Source: Alphaproteobacteria bacterium
Lineage (GTDB): Bacteria; Pseudomonadota; Alphaproteobacteria; Caedimonadales; UBA9215
DNA length: 64,000 nucleotides
Assembly (NCBI GenBank): GCA_965204765.1
Contig: CBDBFG010000002.1
Span: forward strand, 73,910-137,909
Direction: 5' to 3'
This document shows positions 10,669-21,931 of this stretch, in pieces (positions within the stretch are counted from its first letter, which is position 1; every line of letters starts with the position of its first letter). Under the pieces are notes generated by a model. It saw only the letters and a list, made by a program, of their open reading frames with translations. It searched no databases and was not told the DNA's origin. The position numbers were made by a program, and so were the translations under genes.

Positions 10669-11313
10669 ATGCACAAATCTGATATTAATAACATTTTTAA
10701 CATTTTTAAAAATGCTAATCCGCTTCCTAAAACAGAATTAAACTATACTAATAATTATACATTATTAGTGGCAGTAGTTTTGTCTGCACAATCAACTGAT
10801 AAAGGGGTAAACAAAGCTACAAAAGAGTTGTTTAATACTATTTCCACTCCACAAGCCATGATTGCCATAGGAGAAGCAAGACTAAAACAACATATAAAAA
10901 CTATAGGATTATATAATTCCAAGGCAAAAAATATAATTGCTCTATCAAAGATCCTAGTAGAACAGCACAATGGAATAATTCCTCACTCAAGAGAAGAGCT
11001 AGAAAAATTACCAGGAGTAGGTAGAAAAACAGCCAATGTTGTCTTAAATGTTGCTTTTAACAAGCCTACAATGGCAGTAGATACCCATATTTTTAGAGTC
11101 AGTAACAGAATAGGACTAGCCCGTGCTAATACTCCTTTGATGGTTGAAAAACAATTAATAAAGGTCATTCCAAAAGCATATTTACGCGATGCGCATCACT
11201 GGCTTATTTTGCACGGAAGATATGTATGTAAATCTCGTGGACCGATGTGTGACATATGCAAAATTTCACATCTTTGCACTTATCCACACAAAAACATAGC
11301 ACAAGATATTTAA
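10669..11313 (+). CDS. nth: endonuclease III
   Basis: HhH-GPD motif LPGVGRKTANVVL, catalytic DTH, C-terminal 4Fe-4S cysteine cluster CKSRGPMCDICKISHLC. Confidence 0.9.
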   Translation: MHKSDINNIFNIFKNANPLPKTELNYTNNYTLLVAVVLSAQSTDKGVNKATKELFNTISTPQAMIAIGEARLKQHIKTIGLYNSKAKNIIALSKILVEQHNGIIPHSREELEKLPGVGRKTANVVLNVAFNKPTMAVDTHIFRVSNRIGLARANTPLMVEKQLIKVIPKAYLRDAHHWLILHGRYVCKSRGPMCDICKISHLCTYPHKNIAQDI

Positions 11314-11455
11314 TGACAACCTTGCCTCTATATGTGCATTACTGATCTTACGAACACACAAGCATAATGTACACCTTCAGCTAGCAAGTACGACAATCCT
11401 TAACCATCATAATAAAACTATAAATTTTTGCTAAATAATCTGGACAATGCAATAG

Positions 11456-12658
11456 TTATAAATATTCAAGAATTGTTTTTGATGCGACATAGCTAGGCGA
11501 ATTGCCTGTATCATTAGTCACTGTGTCGCTTAATTCTAATAATTCTTTTTTCTGGTGTTTATAATACTGTGATTTTATGCTTAAAAGTTGATTTAACTCA
11601 GACACACAATTATCAGCAGTGCAATTTTCTTGTAATAACTCTGTCACTACTTTTTTTCCCAATAGTATATTAACCAGCGATACATACTTAGTAAGCAACA
11701 TATGTTTAACAATGAAAGCGGTTAATTTATTAATGCGATATGCCACCACCATAGGAATACCCATAATACCTAATTCAAGGGTCACTGTACCAGAAGCAGC
11801 CAAGGCCGCTGTACAACTCTTCATTGCCAGATATTTGTGTTTTTCATCCGTAATAACGAAAGCATTAACCCCGCGCACCTTAACCAGCCTTTCTATTTGT
11901 TCTTTAAATTCAGGCAATGTTGGAATTACTACTAATAATTTACGATAATTAACCTTTAATATCTCTACTGCATCCAAAAATATATCAAGATGTTTTTTTA
12001 TTTCGTCTTCTCTGCTACCAGGAACAAGACACAATATTGGTATCGATTTACTTATGCCATATTCTTGATGCAGAAAATCTTTTGGCAAGTTGTGTAATTC
12101 TTTTTCTGTAATTGGATGTCCCATAAATGTAGTACTTAATCCATGCTTAGTGAAATAAGGCGGTTCAAATTTAAATAAAGTAAGCAAATGAGTGATATAC
12201 TGCGATATTTTTTCTGCTCTTCTAGGTTTCCAAGCCCATACTGTAGGAGCCCCGATATGTACAATGGGTATATTCAATGATTTTAATAGCTTGGCTAATC
12301 TAAAATTAAATCCAGGAGAATCAATGGTCACTATTACGTCTGGTTTGATTTTCTTAATATCATCAACAACCTGTATTAACCGTGCAATTAAATTCGGTAT
12401 ATGCCTTAATATCTCAAATAATCCAATTAATGATAAGTCAGACATGGAAAAAAGGCTATTTAATCCATTCGCCATCATATTCTTGCCACCAACGCCAAAA
12501 AACCCTACGGACATCCCCAATGAAGAAGAATTAACTTGCAATGCTTCCATGACAGACGCACCGATATTGTCTCCACTGCTTTCACCAGCAATAATATATA
12601 TCTTTTTATTTTGTAATATCTGTAATTTCTTACATGAATCGTTTATTTTTTTTGTCAT
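11456..12658 (-). CDS. lpxB: lipid-A-disaccharide synthase
   Basis: IIAGESSGD N-terminal motif, about 400 aa, adjacent to lpxI as in alphaproteobacterial lpx clusters. Confidence 0.9.
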   Translation of the reverse strand: MTKKINDSCKKLQILQNKKIYIIAGESSGDNIGASVMEALQVNSSSLGMSVGFFGVGGKNMMANGLNSLFSMSDLSLIGLFEILRHIPNLIARLIQVVDDIKKIKPDVIVTIDSPGFNFRLAKLLKSLNIPIVHIGAPTVWAWKPRRAEKISQYITHLLTLFKFEPPYFTKHGLSTTFMGHPITEKELHNLPKDFLHQEYGISKSIPILCLVPGSREDEIKKHLDIFLDAVEILKVNYRKLLVVIPTLPEFKEQIERLVKVRGVNAFVITDEKHKYLAMKSCTAALAASGTVTLELGIMGIPMVVAYRINKLTAFIVKHMLLTKYVSLVNILLGKKVVTELLQENCTADNCVSELNQLLSIKSQYYKHQKKELLELSDTVTNDTGNSPSYVASKTILEYL

Positions 12659-12659
12659 T

Positions 12660-13466
12660 TCATACCCCTATAACAAAAATCTTCAATTTATTGGCTTGAT
12701 CTATCACTTTTGCTTTATCAATTATTATTACTTTGTTTGCCTCCACCGCTATACCACATAATCCTGATTGTGCTATATTAGCTATGGTATCTGGCCCAAT
12801 AACCGATCTATCAATACGAGTATCTTGGTTTGGTTTGATCACTTTGACAAAGGTAGCCTTTGTGCCAGATTTTTGTAACTTACCTGCGCGCCTAATCAAT
12901 GCATCAGATCCATCTATTGCCTCTACTCCCAACACTAATCCTTGCTGTACAACAACTGATTGCCCTATATCAAGATTGCCAATAACTTTGGCCACCTCTA
13001 AACCACGATTAATATCAATTAATGATTGCTTGCTTGGTGTAGTTTTAGTTAAGCAGCTCTGCTCTATTAAAATATCTTGCCCTAAAATCTCTTCCGGACT
13101 TATAACTTGGAATCCTTCTTGTTCTAAAAAATTAGCAATTATTCTAAACATTCCATCGTCACCAAATGGCTTGCCTATGATTTTACTTAGCAATTGCATA
13201 CCTTTGATATCTGGACGCAAATCAGACCATGAGGGACGATTAAAATAGCCTATTAATACTATTTTACGTACCCCGTACTTTTGTAAAACGTCGATGGATT
13301 TGCCGATTTGCCCCAGCTCTAACCAAGTATAGGAGGCTCCCTTTAATAAATCAGGATTTGTATGCCCTTTATAGGCTAGTATATGATAATCACAATGCAT
13401 TTTTTTACACTGTTTAATCACATTGCCAGCAAGATCACCATAACCCGCTATGATACCTATACTCAT
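12660..13466 (-). CDS. lpxI: UDP-2,3-diacylglucosamine pyrophosphatase LpxI-like (DUF1009)
   Basis: IGIIAGYGDL N-terminus, 268 aa, immediately upstream of lpxB. Confidence 0.75.
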   Translation of the reverse strand: MSIGIIAGYGDLAGNVIKQCKKMHCDYHILAYKGHTNPDLLKGASYTWLELGQIGKSIDVLQKYGVRKIVLIGYFNRPSWSDLRPDIKGMQLLSKIIGKPFGDDGMFRIIANFLEQEGFQVISPEEILGQDILIEQSCLTKTTPSKQSLIDINRGLEVAKVIGNLDIGQSVVVQQGLVLGVEAIDGSDALIRRAGKLQKSGTKATFVKVIKPNQDTRIDRSVIGPDTIANIAQSGLCGIAVEANKVIIIDKAKVIDQANKLKIFVIGV

Positions 13467-13585
13467 TTATCATCCTTTAATTGGATTACACCTAGTATGC
13501 TACCTTGTATAATACTTTCAACTCGCATTTATTCAAAATAAAAGTGATACTGTAATATTCTATATTATAATAGATTATTTAAGCA

Positions 13586-13967
13586 AAGGTTAAGGGCTTG
13601 TAAGCCGAATCCTGTACTACGAATAGCAGCGATCATTTATCTAGCTTTTTTGTTACCAAAAAAGTCATGCAACCTACCCAAATGAAGATGTAGAAACACA
13701 CCTGAAAAATAAATTTTCTTCCATTTCTATTTGGTCTTGCTCTAGGTGGGGTTTACCATACCGTTTCTGTTACCAAAAACGTGGTGCGCTCTTACCACAC
13801 CTTTTCACCCTTACCAATTACCAAGTAATATGGCGGTATATTTTCTGTGGCACTTTCCCTTGAGTTATATACTCCGCTGGACATTATCCAGCACCTTGTT
13901 TCTATAGAGTTCGGACTTTCCTCGATAATTAAATACTAACTACCGCGATCGCCCCACCCTTAACCTA
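13586..13967 (-). ncRNA. rnpB: RNase P RNA, bacterial type A
   Basis: Minus strand reads GGTTAAGGGTGGGGCGATCGCGG...GAGGAAAGTCCGAAC...GGGAAAGTGCCACAGAAA...GGTAAGGGTGAAAAGGTGTGGTAAGAGCGCACC...ACAGGATTCGGCTTACAAGCCCTTAACC. P1 pairs GGTTAAGGG with CCCTTAACC. Ends are approximate to a few nt. Confidence 0.85.
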
Positions 13968-14075
13968 ATAGTACTTATATTATAAGCATTTGTGAGATTC
14001 AATAGATTTATGATACTACAATCATACATTAACAATTATTTAATCATTACATGCTAAACATTGTAATAGTAAAAT

Positions 14076-14546
14076 GTGAGAAGAATAATGAAAACAAATA
14101 ATCTTATAAAATTAGTTATACCAGCTTTTATCTTTTGTAACTCTGTAACCAATACATATGCTGGACAAATACCATTTAGTAAATCAAAAACCTTTAACAA
14201 AAAAGTACATTTCAACGGCACACTTTCTATCATGTGTCCAAAAAAACTAAAAGATAAAAAAGGTAAATGGCATAACGTAAAACGTTGTGAAAGGTGGGAA
14301 AAATTTGAACCACGCCCATTTAGAAAAAGCGAACGCAAAACCGAAGTGTTCAAAACAGGTAAATATGTTGACGTCGGCGTCAAAAAAATCAAAATATGGC
14401 GCAAAGGTAATAAAAATCGCAGTGTATGGGTAAATTACACTGGCAATCATACAGTAATGTACTACAACAGCAAAGTTTATAAATTAAATCATTTGCTTAA
14501 CTCTTTAGAAATAGATAAAAAAAGAATAATGCGCAAAAAAAGATAA
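14076..14546 (+). CDS. secreted lysine-rich protein
   Basis: Signal peptide (LVIPAFIFCNSVTNTYA) and a very basic mature part. Possibly a distant relative of the proteins at 42680 and 47466. Confidence 0.5.
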   Translation: MRRIMKTNNLIKLVIPAFIFCNSVTNTYAGQIPFSKSKTFNKKVHFNGTLSIMCPKKLKDKKGKWHNVKRCERWEKFEPRPFRKSERKTEVFKTGKYVDVGVKKIKIWRKGNKNRSVWVNYTGNHTVMYYNSKVYKLNHLLNSLEIDKKRIMRKKR

Positions 14547-14573
14547 TATCACCAATAACAATCTTATTATATG

Positions 14574-14605
14574 ATTAAGCAGCACTAATGTTAGTGCTGC
14601 TTAAT
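14574..14605. terminator. perfect 14-bp inverted repeat between convergent genes (bidirectional terminator candidate)
   Basis: ATTAAGCAGCACTA-atgt-TAGTGCTGCTTAAT. Overlaps the stop of the minus-strand ORF at 14591. Confidence 0.5.
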
Positions 14606-15181
14606 TAATTTACCATTAGTAATGGTGCCGTCAATATGCGAGCTTGAATCTAAATAAACAGCCCCTGGTTTATCAATGAATGAAACATTTTTCGCGACTG
14701 TATTTTGTAAAAATAACTTTGGCATTTTTTCCTTGTGCTTAATTGCTATATCCTGTACAACGCTACCTTCTATCCACATACTATCGGTATGAATCGTCAA
14801 CAACTTATAAATTTTTGAATCTTTTAGTAACAACTTACCACGAAATTCAGCAGTCTTAAGTAAGACAGAAGATTCAACCGTTGCCTTACCAAATACTTTG
14901 ACTGCACCATTACATTGCAACCCTTTAGCCACAAACATGCCATGAACCTGTAGATTCCCATCTATGGTGCATTTTTCCAACAACAATTTACCAGAAAATT
15001 TTATATTATCCCGACAATGCAAATTGGTAATAGACAACAGACCATTGCCAGCAAGAGATCCACAAGCTGTGCCATCACCAACAACAGTCTTATATTCAGT
15101 AGCACTAAGAAGAGTAGTTAGCGCCACCAGATTAAACAACCTAACAACAAAAACAGATATTAATAACAACAAGTTAACCAT
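14591..15181 (-). CDS. bactofilin-like (beta-helical, polymer-forming) protein with an N-terminal TM/signal segment
   Basis: Repetitive G-x-hydrophobic pattern (GKLLLEKCTIDGNLQVHGMFVAKGLQCNGAVKVFGKATVE...) resembling the bactofilin/DUF583 fold. Confidence 0.45.
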   Translation of the reverse strand: MVNLLLLISVFVVRLFNLVALTTLLSATEYKTVVGDGTACGSLAGNGLLSITNLHCRDNIKFSGKLLLEKCTIDGNLQVHGMFVAKGLQCNGAVKVFGKATVESSVLLKTAEFRGKLLLKDSKIYKLLTIHTDSMWIEGSVVQDIAIKHKEKMPKLFLQNTVAKNVSFIDKPGAVYLDSSSHIDGTITNGKLIKQH

Positions 15182-16099
15182 CTATTACAACATCACAACT
15201 AAAAAAGCCTACTACTCGTAAATCATGGAGTCAATATACAAGAGTTAACAAGATCAATGATTGTAAATACGGTAATGTACAGGTAAATATTAAGCTATAG
15301 AAATTCTTCACAAATGTAAAAACGATTATTTTTACCAAATCTAAACAAAATCATTAAACAATCTTAACAAGATACCAACATAATGTCTAATAGGCAAAAC
15401 ACAGGATTATTGATGTATAAACTCACTCGTACTACTATAAGTATATTTCTAGTATCATTGCCATTACTGAATGCTAACTCCTCATCTGATACTTCCTCAG
15501 AAGATGATTTGACCGTTTTTACTCGACTATATATTTCTGGCGAGGAGATGAAGAAAGAAAAAGAAAAGCAGAAGAAAAATCGTTTCGTAGACATCACGAC
15601 TCTTGCGCGAATATAAATAAATTACATGCGTTAAGGGTTCCATTTACATTGGTTGGAAGATCAACAGTTAGAATCACTATAGGGTAGTATATTTCACCTT
15701 ATAAAGGTGCGATAGATACAAGAAGAAATGTTCACAAGAATCGTGCTGATACAAAAAAAAGCAAACAGCGCAAAGAGAAATACTTACCAAAAGTTAACTC
15801 TAAAACAACGTATGCGTCATATGCAGCACGTAAATTAAGAACAAGTATGTAGTCACGGGTGTAAACCTGTGAAAGATCTATATAGCTCAGAACCCATGCG
15901 AAAACTCACAGCCCGCACACAATTTGATTGCCAAGAATTAGTTATGCAAAAAAGACAAGTAACAATAATAACAAAAAATGTTTTGTCATAATAACTCTTT
16001 TTAAAAATCTATATGCAGTCTAGGGGTATAAAAAAAACACTTTGTCAAGAAAAATACAATTCTGATTTCGAATGAAAATAAATAAATATTACTGACAGA

Positions 16100-16414
16100 C
16101 TAAGGCAAACAATCAATGACTACTCGTTCATTCTTGTGGGCATATCCCAGCACTATCTTTGCTCTTTCTTCTAAGAAATCAAGACATAACGAATCTGAAC
16201 GCAGCAATTTGACTCTGTGTAATAATTTATCATGATCTAATTTTAGATTACTTAATTCACTGCTGGCTGTGGATAACGAACCATTCAAAGAAAAGAGCTT
16301 AATCAACCCCCTATCCCCTTGCAATAAATGATATGCAAAATAAATAACCAAGCAAATTATAATGCTTTGTGAGAAATGAGTATTAACGTTTCTTTTTACA
16401 TTCCTTAAAGTCAT
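16100..16414 (-). CDS. ftsB: septum formation initiator FtsB/DivIC family
   Basis: Single N-terminal TM helix then a coiled coil (SELSNLKLDHDKLLHRVKLLRSD) and LDFLEERAK...GY, typical of FtsB. Confidence 0.7.
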   Translation of the reverse strand: MTLRNVKRNVNTHFSQSIIICLVIYFAYHLLQGDRGLIKLFSLNGSLSTASSELSNLKLDHDKLLHRVKLLRSDSLCLDFLEERAKIVLGYAHKNERVVIDCLP

Positions 16415-16727
16415 ATTTATACTTATATATTTGTGATAGAATACGCAATAAAACTTAAATTTCTATTAAAACTGTTCTCTATTCTATATTTTAATGACAC
16501 AAAGGAATTTATTAAATACCCAGCATCATACGCATTATTATCACAATTAAGGCCAAAGCCTATTCTATTGTTTCAACTACGACTTAATTTGTTCATTACC
16601 CAGTCCGGAAAAGATATGCCCTTATTCACCAACCGCTTAATCTTATTAAAACTAACGCATATTCATGCATTTCGTTATCAAATTAGCATCAGCCAAAAGC
16701 AAAACACCACACAAGGCTTTACACGAA

Positions 16728-17480
16728 TCAAATCGCTACACCACCAATAATCGAGCAAAAAGATGAAGCTTGCAAACTCGCCCCACCAACTAATAGTCCA
16801 TCAACTTTATCCAAAGCCAATATCCTAGCAGAATTATGCTCGTTAACCGACCCACCATATAAAACCTTAGTTCCTTTATAACCATATTTTTCTAAAAGTC
16901 CATAGATATATTTGCAGATAGGCACAATATCTTGTACTTCGGCAACTTTTCCAGTACCAATTGCCCATACAGGTTCATAAGCAATGATAATATCGTCCAA
17001 TTTACAATCACGTAAAATTGATAACTGCTCTGCCAATACCTGTTGCGTATGACCATCTTCTTTATGTTGCAAAGTTTCACCGATACACAAAATAGGCACT
17101 AAACCGTTGCTAACCACATTATATATTTTGCTGGTCAGTGTCTTATTTGTTTCATAATAATGTCGCCTTCGCTCTGAATGACCAATAATAACATATTGCA
17201 CCCCTAAATCTTGCAACATAGATGCGGAATTATCACCAGTATAAGCTCCACAATTATGTTCCGAACAATCCTGTGCACCAATCTTTACATGCGAATCCAT
17301 AGAAGACAACAAGTTACGCAATCTATCAAGATATAAGTGGGGTGGACAAATTACTACTTCATTTTTTAAGCTATTATTCTTGCTTAGCTCATTGAATGAT
17401 TGAATGTAATCTTCCATAAATGCACTATTACCATTCATCTTCCAATTTGCTACTATAATTTTGCTATTCTGCTTTAACAT
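16728..17480 (-). CDS. tpiA: triosephosphate isomerase
   Basis: ANWKMNG, IIGHSERR, AYEPVWAIGTG, GGASL motifs. Confidence 0.92.
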   Translation of the reverse strand: MLKQNSKIIVANWKMNGNSAFMEDYIQSFNELSKNNSLKNEVVICPPHLYLDRLRNLLSSMDSHVKIGAQDCSEHNCGAYTGDNSASMLQDLGVQYVIIGHSERRRHYYETNKTLTSKIYNVVSNGLVPILCIGETLQHKEDGHTQQVLAEQLSILRDCKLDDIIIAYEPVWAIGTGKVAEVQDIVPICKYIYGLLEKYGYKGTKVLYGGSVNEHNSARILALDKVDGLLVGGASLQASSFCSIIGGVAI

Positions 17481-17484
17481 TTAT

Positions 17485-19002
17485 TTAATCTATCCTAGGA
17501 AATATTCCTGTTGGCTTATTTATTTTACCCCTACTCACAATAGGTGCACTCAAAGACTGAATATCTCTTGCACAGCTATCATTAGGTACCCCAAGTTGAT
17601 CCAATACCTTAGCGGACCCTTCTGGAATAATTGCTTGCGCTAATACCGCAATATGTCTAATCACCTCAATTAATACATATAATACTGTTTGCATACGATC
17701 AATATCGGTCTTACGCAATGCCCACGGCTGTTCCTGATCTATATATTTATTGGCCAAGGAAATAACTGACCAGATTGTCTCACACATTTTATGCAAAGCT
17801 TGCTCATCACAATAATTTCTTACCTTATAAACCATTGTACAAGCCTCATCTAAAATAATATTATCTTGGGCAAGCAACGAACCTTTTATTGGTAAAGTGG
17901 CATCCAGATTTTTATAAACAAAAGATAAAGTACGCTGTACCAAATTACCAAAATCATTTGCTAAATCAGAATTAATCCTACGCTTTAGCGCACTGTATGA
18001 AAAATCTGCATCTCGTCCGAAAGTAACCTCACTAAGCAAAAAATAACGCAATTGATCCGCACCATAATCTTGAACCAATTGAACAGGATCTATGACATTA
18101 CCTAATGACTTAGAAATTTTTTTGCCTTCATTAGTCCACCAACCATGAGAAAAGATCCTTTTAGGCGGATTTAATCCAATAGCCATTAGGATAGCCGGCC
18201 AATAAACCGCATGGAAACGTAAAATATCTTTTCCAATAATATGCACTGAATTCTGCCAATAATTATTGAATTCACTGGTCTGTTCGGGATACCCTAGATA
18301 AGAAATATAATTTGGCAAGGCATCAAGCCATACATATATTATATGACCTTCATCTCCCGGCACCGGCACCCCCCAAGAAAATGTACTTCTTGAAATACAT
18401 AAATCGTTCAAACCAGACTTTACAAAGCTAATTACTTCATTCATGCGAGCTTTGGGAGCAATAAAACTTGGATTATTCTGGTAATAATCTAGTAATTTAT
18501 CCTGCCATTCTGCAAGACGAAAATAATAACACGGCTCTTCTATAAAAGACACATCTGTTCCCGTTGGGGCTTTGCCATTTATTAACTCTGATTCTTGATA
18601 AAACGCCTCATCTTTTACAGAATACCAGCCAGAATACACCCCTTTATAAATTTGATCATTGGCCAGCAACTTTTTCCATAAACATTGTACTGCATATCTA
18701 TGATTAGCATCAGTAGTACGAATAAAATGATCATTCGTAAAGTTAAATAACTTATTCATTGCCACAAAATCTTTATTGGCCTGATCAACATAATCCTGAG
18801 GCGATATTTGCTTAGTGTTTGCTACCTGCTCTACCTTTTGCCCATGTTCATCGGTACCAGTTAAAAATTTAACCTTACAATTATCTAAACGTTTGAAACG
18901 AGACAAAGTATCCGCTGCAATAGTGGTATAAGCACTACCTACATGAGGCTTGGCGTTCACATAATAAATTGGCGTGGTGACATAATAATAGTCGTCTTTC
19001 AT
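17485..19002 (-). CDS. metG: methionyl-tRNA synthetase (short form)
   Basis: Class I HIGH-type motif (PHVGSAYT), KISKS (KMSKS) motif, 505 aa. Confidence 0.93.
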   Translation of the reverse strand: MKDDYYYVTTPIYYVNAKPHVGSAYTTIAADTLSRFKRLDNCKVKFLTGTDEHGQKVEQVANTKQISPQDYVDQANKDFVAMNKLFNFTNDHFIRTTDANHRYAVQCLWKKLLANDQIYKGVYSGWYSVKDEAFYQESELINGKAPTGTDVSFIEEPCYYFRLAEWQDKLLDYYQNNPSFIAPKARMNEVISFVKSGLNDLCISRSTFSWGVPVPGDEGHIIYVWLDALPNYISYLGYPEQTSEFNNYWQNSVHIIGKDILRFHAVYWPAILMAIGLNPPKRIFSHGWWTNEGKKISKSLGNVIDPVQLVQDYGADQLRYFLLSEVTFGRDADFSYSALKRRINSDLANDFGNLVQRTLSFVYKNLDATLPIKGSLLAQDNIILDEACTMVYKVRNYCDEQALHKMCETIWSVISLANKYIDQEQPWALRKTDIDRMQTVLYVLIEVIRHIAVLAQAIIPEGSAKVLDQLGVPNDSCARDIQSLSAPIVSRGKINKPTGIFPRID

Positions 19003-19082
19003 TTACAAACCTTAAATACTTTAATTATCGTCATTCCTTTTAATTTTTATCTACATATATAAACTATATCAATAAAAAATTA

Positions 19083-20126
19083 TTATCTTTTCACACTAGT
19101 ATATGCCACGCCAAGCAACTTATGCATAATCACTAAGAATGTGTGCTTTTTATCTAAATTAAAGACATGGCAATCATTAATTATACCTTGTATAGCAAAC
19201 CAGTTCTTAATTAGTATTTCATTGTTATCGCTGTTGAATAACCAATTTAACTCATTAATTTTTGCCGTTTTACAATTCAAGATAATATTATGCGATATCC
19301 AAAACTGTAAAAAATCACAGAACCATTCCCAAGCCATCATCGGTGACTCACTATTAAGCAAATAATTATTGTAAAAACTATACAAACCTGTGAACTTACT
19401 CTCTCGACTATCACTAACTATCGCAAGAAAATCCCGATAAAACTCATCACCACCCAGCTTAATAGCAGCAAGTAATAATCCGGGAGTAATATTGGCTATA
19501 TTTGACAGATAAGATATATTATCAACCGCAACCTCTTGTGATTTTAATACATCCATTGTCTGATCAGAACTTAAGGAATCAAAAGAAATAACCTGACACC
19601 TCGACCTAATCGTCGGTAACACATTATAAATATTATGACTGATCAGTAACAGTAAACATTTATTAGGTGGTTCTTCTAGTATCTTTAATAAAGAATTTGC
19701 CCCTGCTATTGCTAAATCATCAACACTATCTATGATAGCAATCCTCCAGTTATTATTGACCGAAGTTTGATTGAAAAATTTAACTATTTTTTTTACATGA
19801 TCTAGAGGAATATCTTTACTTAACGCGCCTTGAGCAGTTTGTCTACTTATAGACAAACAATCGGGATGACTATTAGCAAAAATTAATGCATCATTATTAC
19901 TAAAGCTTGTTATTTCATCAGCACCAAACAAATCTATATTTCTATTTAAAATAGCGCGCGATAAATTGTACGCAGCAGTTGCCTTGCCAACTCCCTTACA
20001 ACCTGTAAAAATGATACTGTGCGACAAGGTGTCGTTATGGTATAACTTCCTTATCTGTTGCACTACATTTTTATGACCAAATAACTTACTAACCTGATTA
20101 GGACAAAGATTTAACTCTTGGCTCAT
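19083..20126 (-). CDS. holB: DNA polymerase III subunit delta-prime
   Basis: GCKGVGKATAAYNLSRAIL Walker-like segment, KILEEPP, SRCQ motif. Adjacent to tmk, as is common. Confidence 0.8.
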   Translation of the reverse strand: MSQELNLCPNQVSKLFGHKNVVQQIRKLYHNDTLSHSIIFTGCKGVGKATAAYNLSRAILNRNIDLFGADEITSFSNNDALIFANSHPDCLSISRQTAQGALSKDIPLDHVKKIVKFFNQTSVNNNWRIAIIDSVDDLAIAGANSLLKILEEPPNKCLLLLISHNIYNVLPTIRSRCQVISFDSLSSDQTMDVLKSQEVAVDNISYLSNIANITPGLLLAAIKLGGDEFYRDFLAIVSDSRESKFTGLYSFYNNYLLNSESPMMAWEWFCDFLQFWISHNIILNCKTAKINELNWLFNSDNNEILIKNWFAIQGIINDCHVFNLDKKHTFLVIMHKLLGVAYTSVKR

Positions 20127-20137
20127 GTGTCGCCGTA

Positions 20138-20770
20138 CTATAAAATTTTATCAATATTAACTATAATGTTTTGAGATATTTCTTCAATGTTTAAATTGGC
20201 ATCTATACGAACACATCTGTCCTTATTAGCTGCACAAAGTTCCTCAAAACCCTTTTGTACTTTGCATAGAAAAGTATTATCCTTGTTTTCAAATCTTGTT
20301 TCACCTTTATTATCACGATTGTTAGTTCTTTTTAATCCTATTTGGAAATCAACATCAAAAACAAAGGTCAAATGAGGTCTAAACCGTTCTTCGACAATGT
20401 GATCATAAACCATCTCCAGAAAATGTTTTGATAAATTTTGTGCTACACCTTGATAGACGTAAGACGAATCATAAAACCTATCACAAATTACCCATTTCCC
20501 TTGCATAAGGGCAGGTTTAATTACTTTTTCCACATGGTCTCTGCGCGCTGCACTAAATAATAAATATTCTGTTACCGCATCTATTTTAATATCATTATTT
20601 TGCACTACAATATTTCTTATCTGTTCTGCAAATCTTGTACCACCAGGTTCTCTGGTTACGATATGAGGAATATTTTTACCGTTTAAATAATTAGATAACA
20701 AGGATATCTGAGTAGTTTTGCCACTACCATCAACACCTTCAAATGTAATAAAATGGTTCGCTCTATTCAT
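20138..20770 (-). CDS. tmk: thymidylate kinase
   Basis: FITFEGVDGSGKTTQ P-loop, REPGGT, DRF motifs. Confidence 0.92.
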   Translation of the reverse strand: MNRANHFITFEGVDGSGKTTQISLLSNYLNGKNIPHIVTREPGGTRFAEQIRNIVVQNNDIKIDAVTEYLLFSAARRDHVEKVIKPALMQGKWVICDRFYDSSYVYQGVAQNLSKHFLEMVYDHIVEERFRPHLTFVFDVDFQIGLKRTNNRDNKGETRFENKDNTFLCKVQKGFEELCAANKDRCVRIDANLNIEEISQNIIVNIDKIL

Positions 20771-20794
20771 GATAAATTTGCTTAACTATAGCTA

Positions 20795-21931
20795 TCAACT
20801 ACCAAAGATCAAGTATTTAACCGCCAAAAATATTCTTAAAAATATATTAGCTTTTTCTACGTCCCTAGACACGACTAATGGATATTCTGCAGCCTCCTTA
20901 CCAGGAACATAAACCATAAGTTTAGCTACTATATCTCCTTTTTTAATAGGAGCAGATAAAGGAGCATTATAAACTAATTCTACCTTCACATTTTTTAATT
21001 TTGATCTTGGTGCAGTAATCATGACATCGGTTAAAGCTAGCAAAGGTATTTTATTTTGCTTACCCATCCACACATCCGCATATTCCACTATATCACTATG
21101 CGCTTTAAATAACGTTTCCGTGGTATAATAACGAAATCCCCAACTCATTAGTCTCTTTGAGTCTATTGCTCTCTCCTTAGTAGACTTACATCCATTAATT
21201 ACCAAAAGCAATCTGCGCCCCTCTTTTTTAACAGAAGCAACCAATCCAAATCCTCCAGCATCAGTTTGCCCAGTTTTTAATCCATCACAACCTGAACAAG
21301 AATAAAGCAAAGGGTTTCTATTCCTTTGGGTAATACCATTATATTCAAAAGAAATTTCGCTATAAAAAGGATAATATTCTGGAAAATCTTTAATGGTCCG
21401 CTCTGCTATTTTTGCTATATCATATGCTGACATCAAAGGATCACCATCTGGTAACCCAGTGGAATTAGTAAAATAAGCAGTATATGCCCCTAGTTCTTTG
21501 GCTTTTTGCTGCATAAGCTCTACAAATGCCTCTTCACTACCGGCAATACCTTCGGCCAACGCAACCGCCGCATCATTACCAGATTGCACTATTAAACCAC
21601 GTAATAAATCTATAACTTGCACTTTAGAACCAACATTTAAAAAAGTCCTAGATCCTTCTGCTCCTTTAGCCCAAGCTCGCTTGCTAACAACGAATTTATC
21701 TTCCATAGTTAAGGTGCGATTTTTTAGTTCATTGAACGCCATATAGGCGGTCATTATTTTAGCCATAGAAGATGGTGGTAATGGAGTATCAGCGTTCTTT
21801 GAAAACAATATAGTATTACTAGTTAAATCAATTAGTAAAGCTTGCTTTGCAGGTATGTTAATTGTACTGGCATAAATATAAGATAGACCACAAAACAAAA
21901 CCACTAAACTTTTTATAATAAGTTTTTGCAT
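20795..21931 (-). CDS. D-alanyl-D-alanine carboxypeptidase (PBP5/6 class)
   Basis: Signal peptide from the Met at 21931 (MQKLIIKSLVVLFCGLSYIYA). SMAKIMT (SxxK), SGND (SxN) and KTGQT (KTG) motifs. Confidence 0.85.
   Translation of the reverse strand: MQKLIIKSLVVLFCGLSYIYASTINIPAKQALLIDLTSNTILFSKNADTPLPPSSMAKIMTAYMAFNELKNRTLTMEDKFVVSKRAWAKGAEGSRTFLNVGSKVQVIDLLRGLIVQSGNDAAVALAEGIAGSEEAFVELMQQKAKELGAYTAYFTNSTGLPDGDPLMSAYDIAKIAERTIKDFPEYYPFYSEISFEYNGITQRNRNPLLYSCSGCDGLKTGQTDAGGFGLVASVKKEGRRLLLVINGCKSTKERAIDSKRLMSWGFRYYTTETLFKAHSDIVEYADVWMGKQNKIPLLALTDVMITAPRSKLKNVKVELVYNAPLSAPIKKGDIVAKLMVYVPGKEAAEYPLVVSRDVEKANIFLRIFLAVKYLIFGS

Noticed and set aside
11619-13248. Plus-strand ORFs 11619-11948, 12192-12761 and 12733-13248
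   Set aside because: These are shadow ORFs opposite lpxB and lpxI, with no motifs.
15364-15616. Two fully overlapping 77-aa ORFs on opposite strands
   Set aside because: I cannot decide between them. The plus-strand one has a signal-like segment and a K/E tail, but neither has a recognisable motif or a clear RBS, so neither is called.
15700-15850. Very basic reading frame (…GAIDTRRNVHKNRADTKKSKQRKEKYLPKVNSK…) resembling a ribosomal-type small protein
   Set aside because: There is no ATG/GTG/TTG start after the upstream in-frame TAG. It is probably non-coding or a relic.
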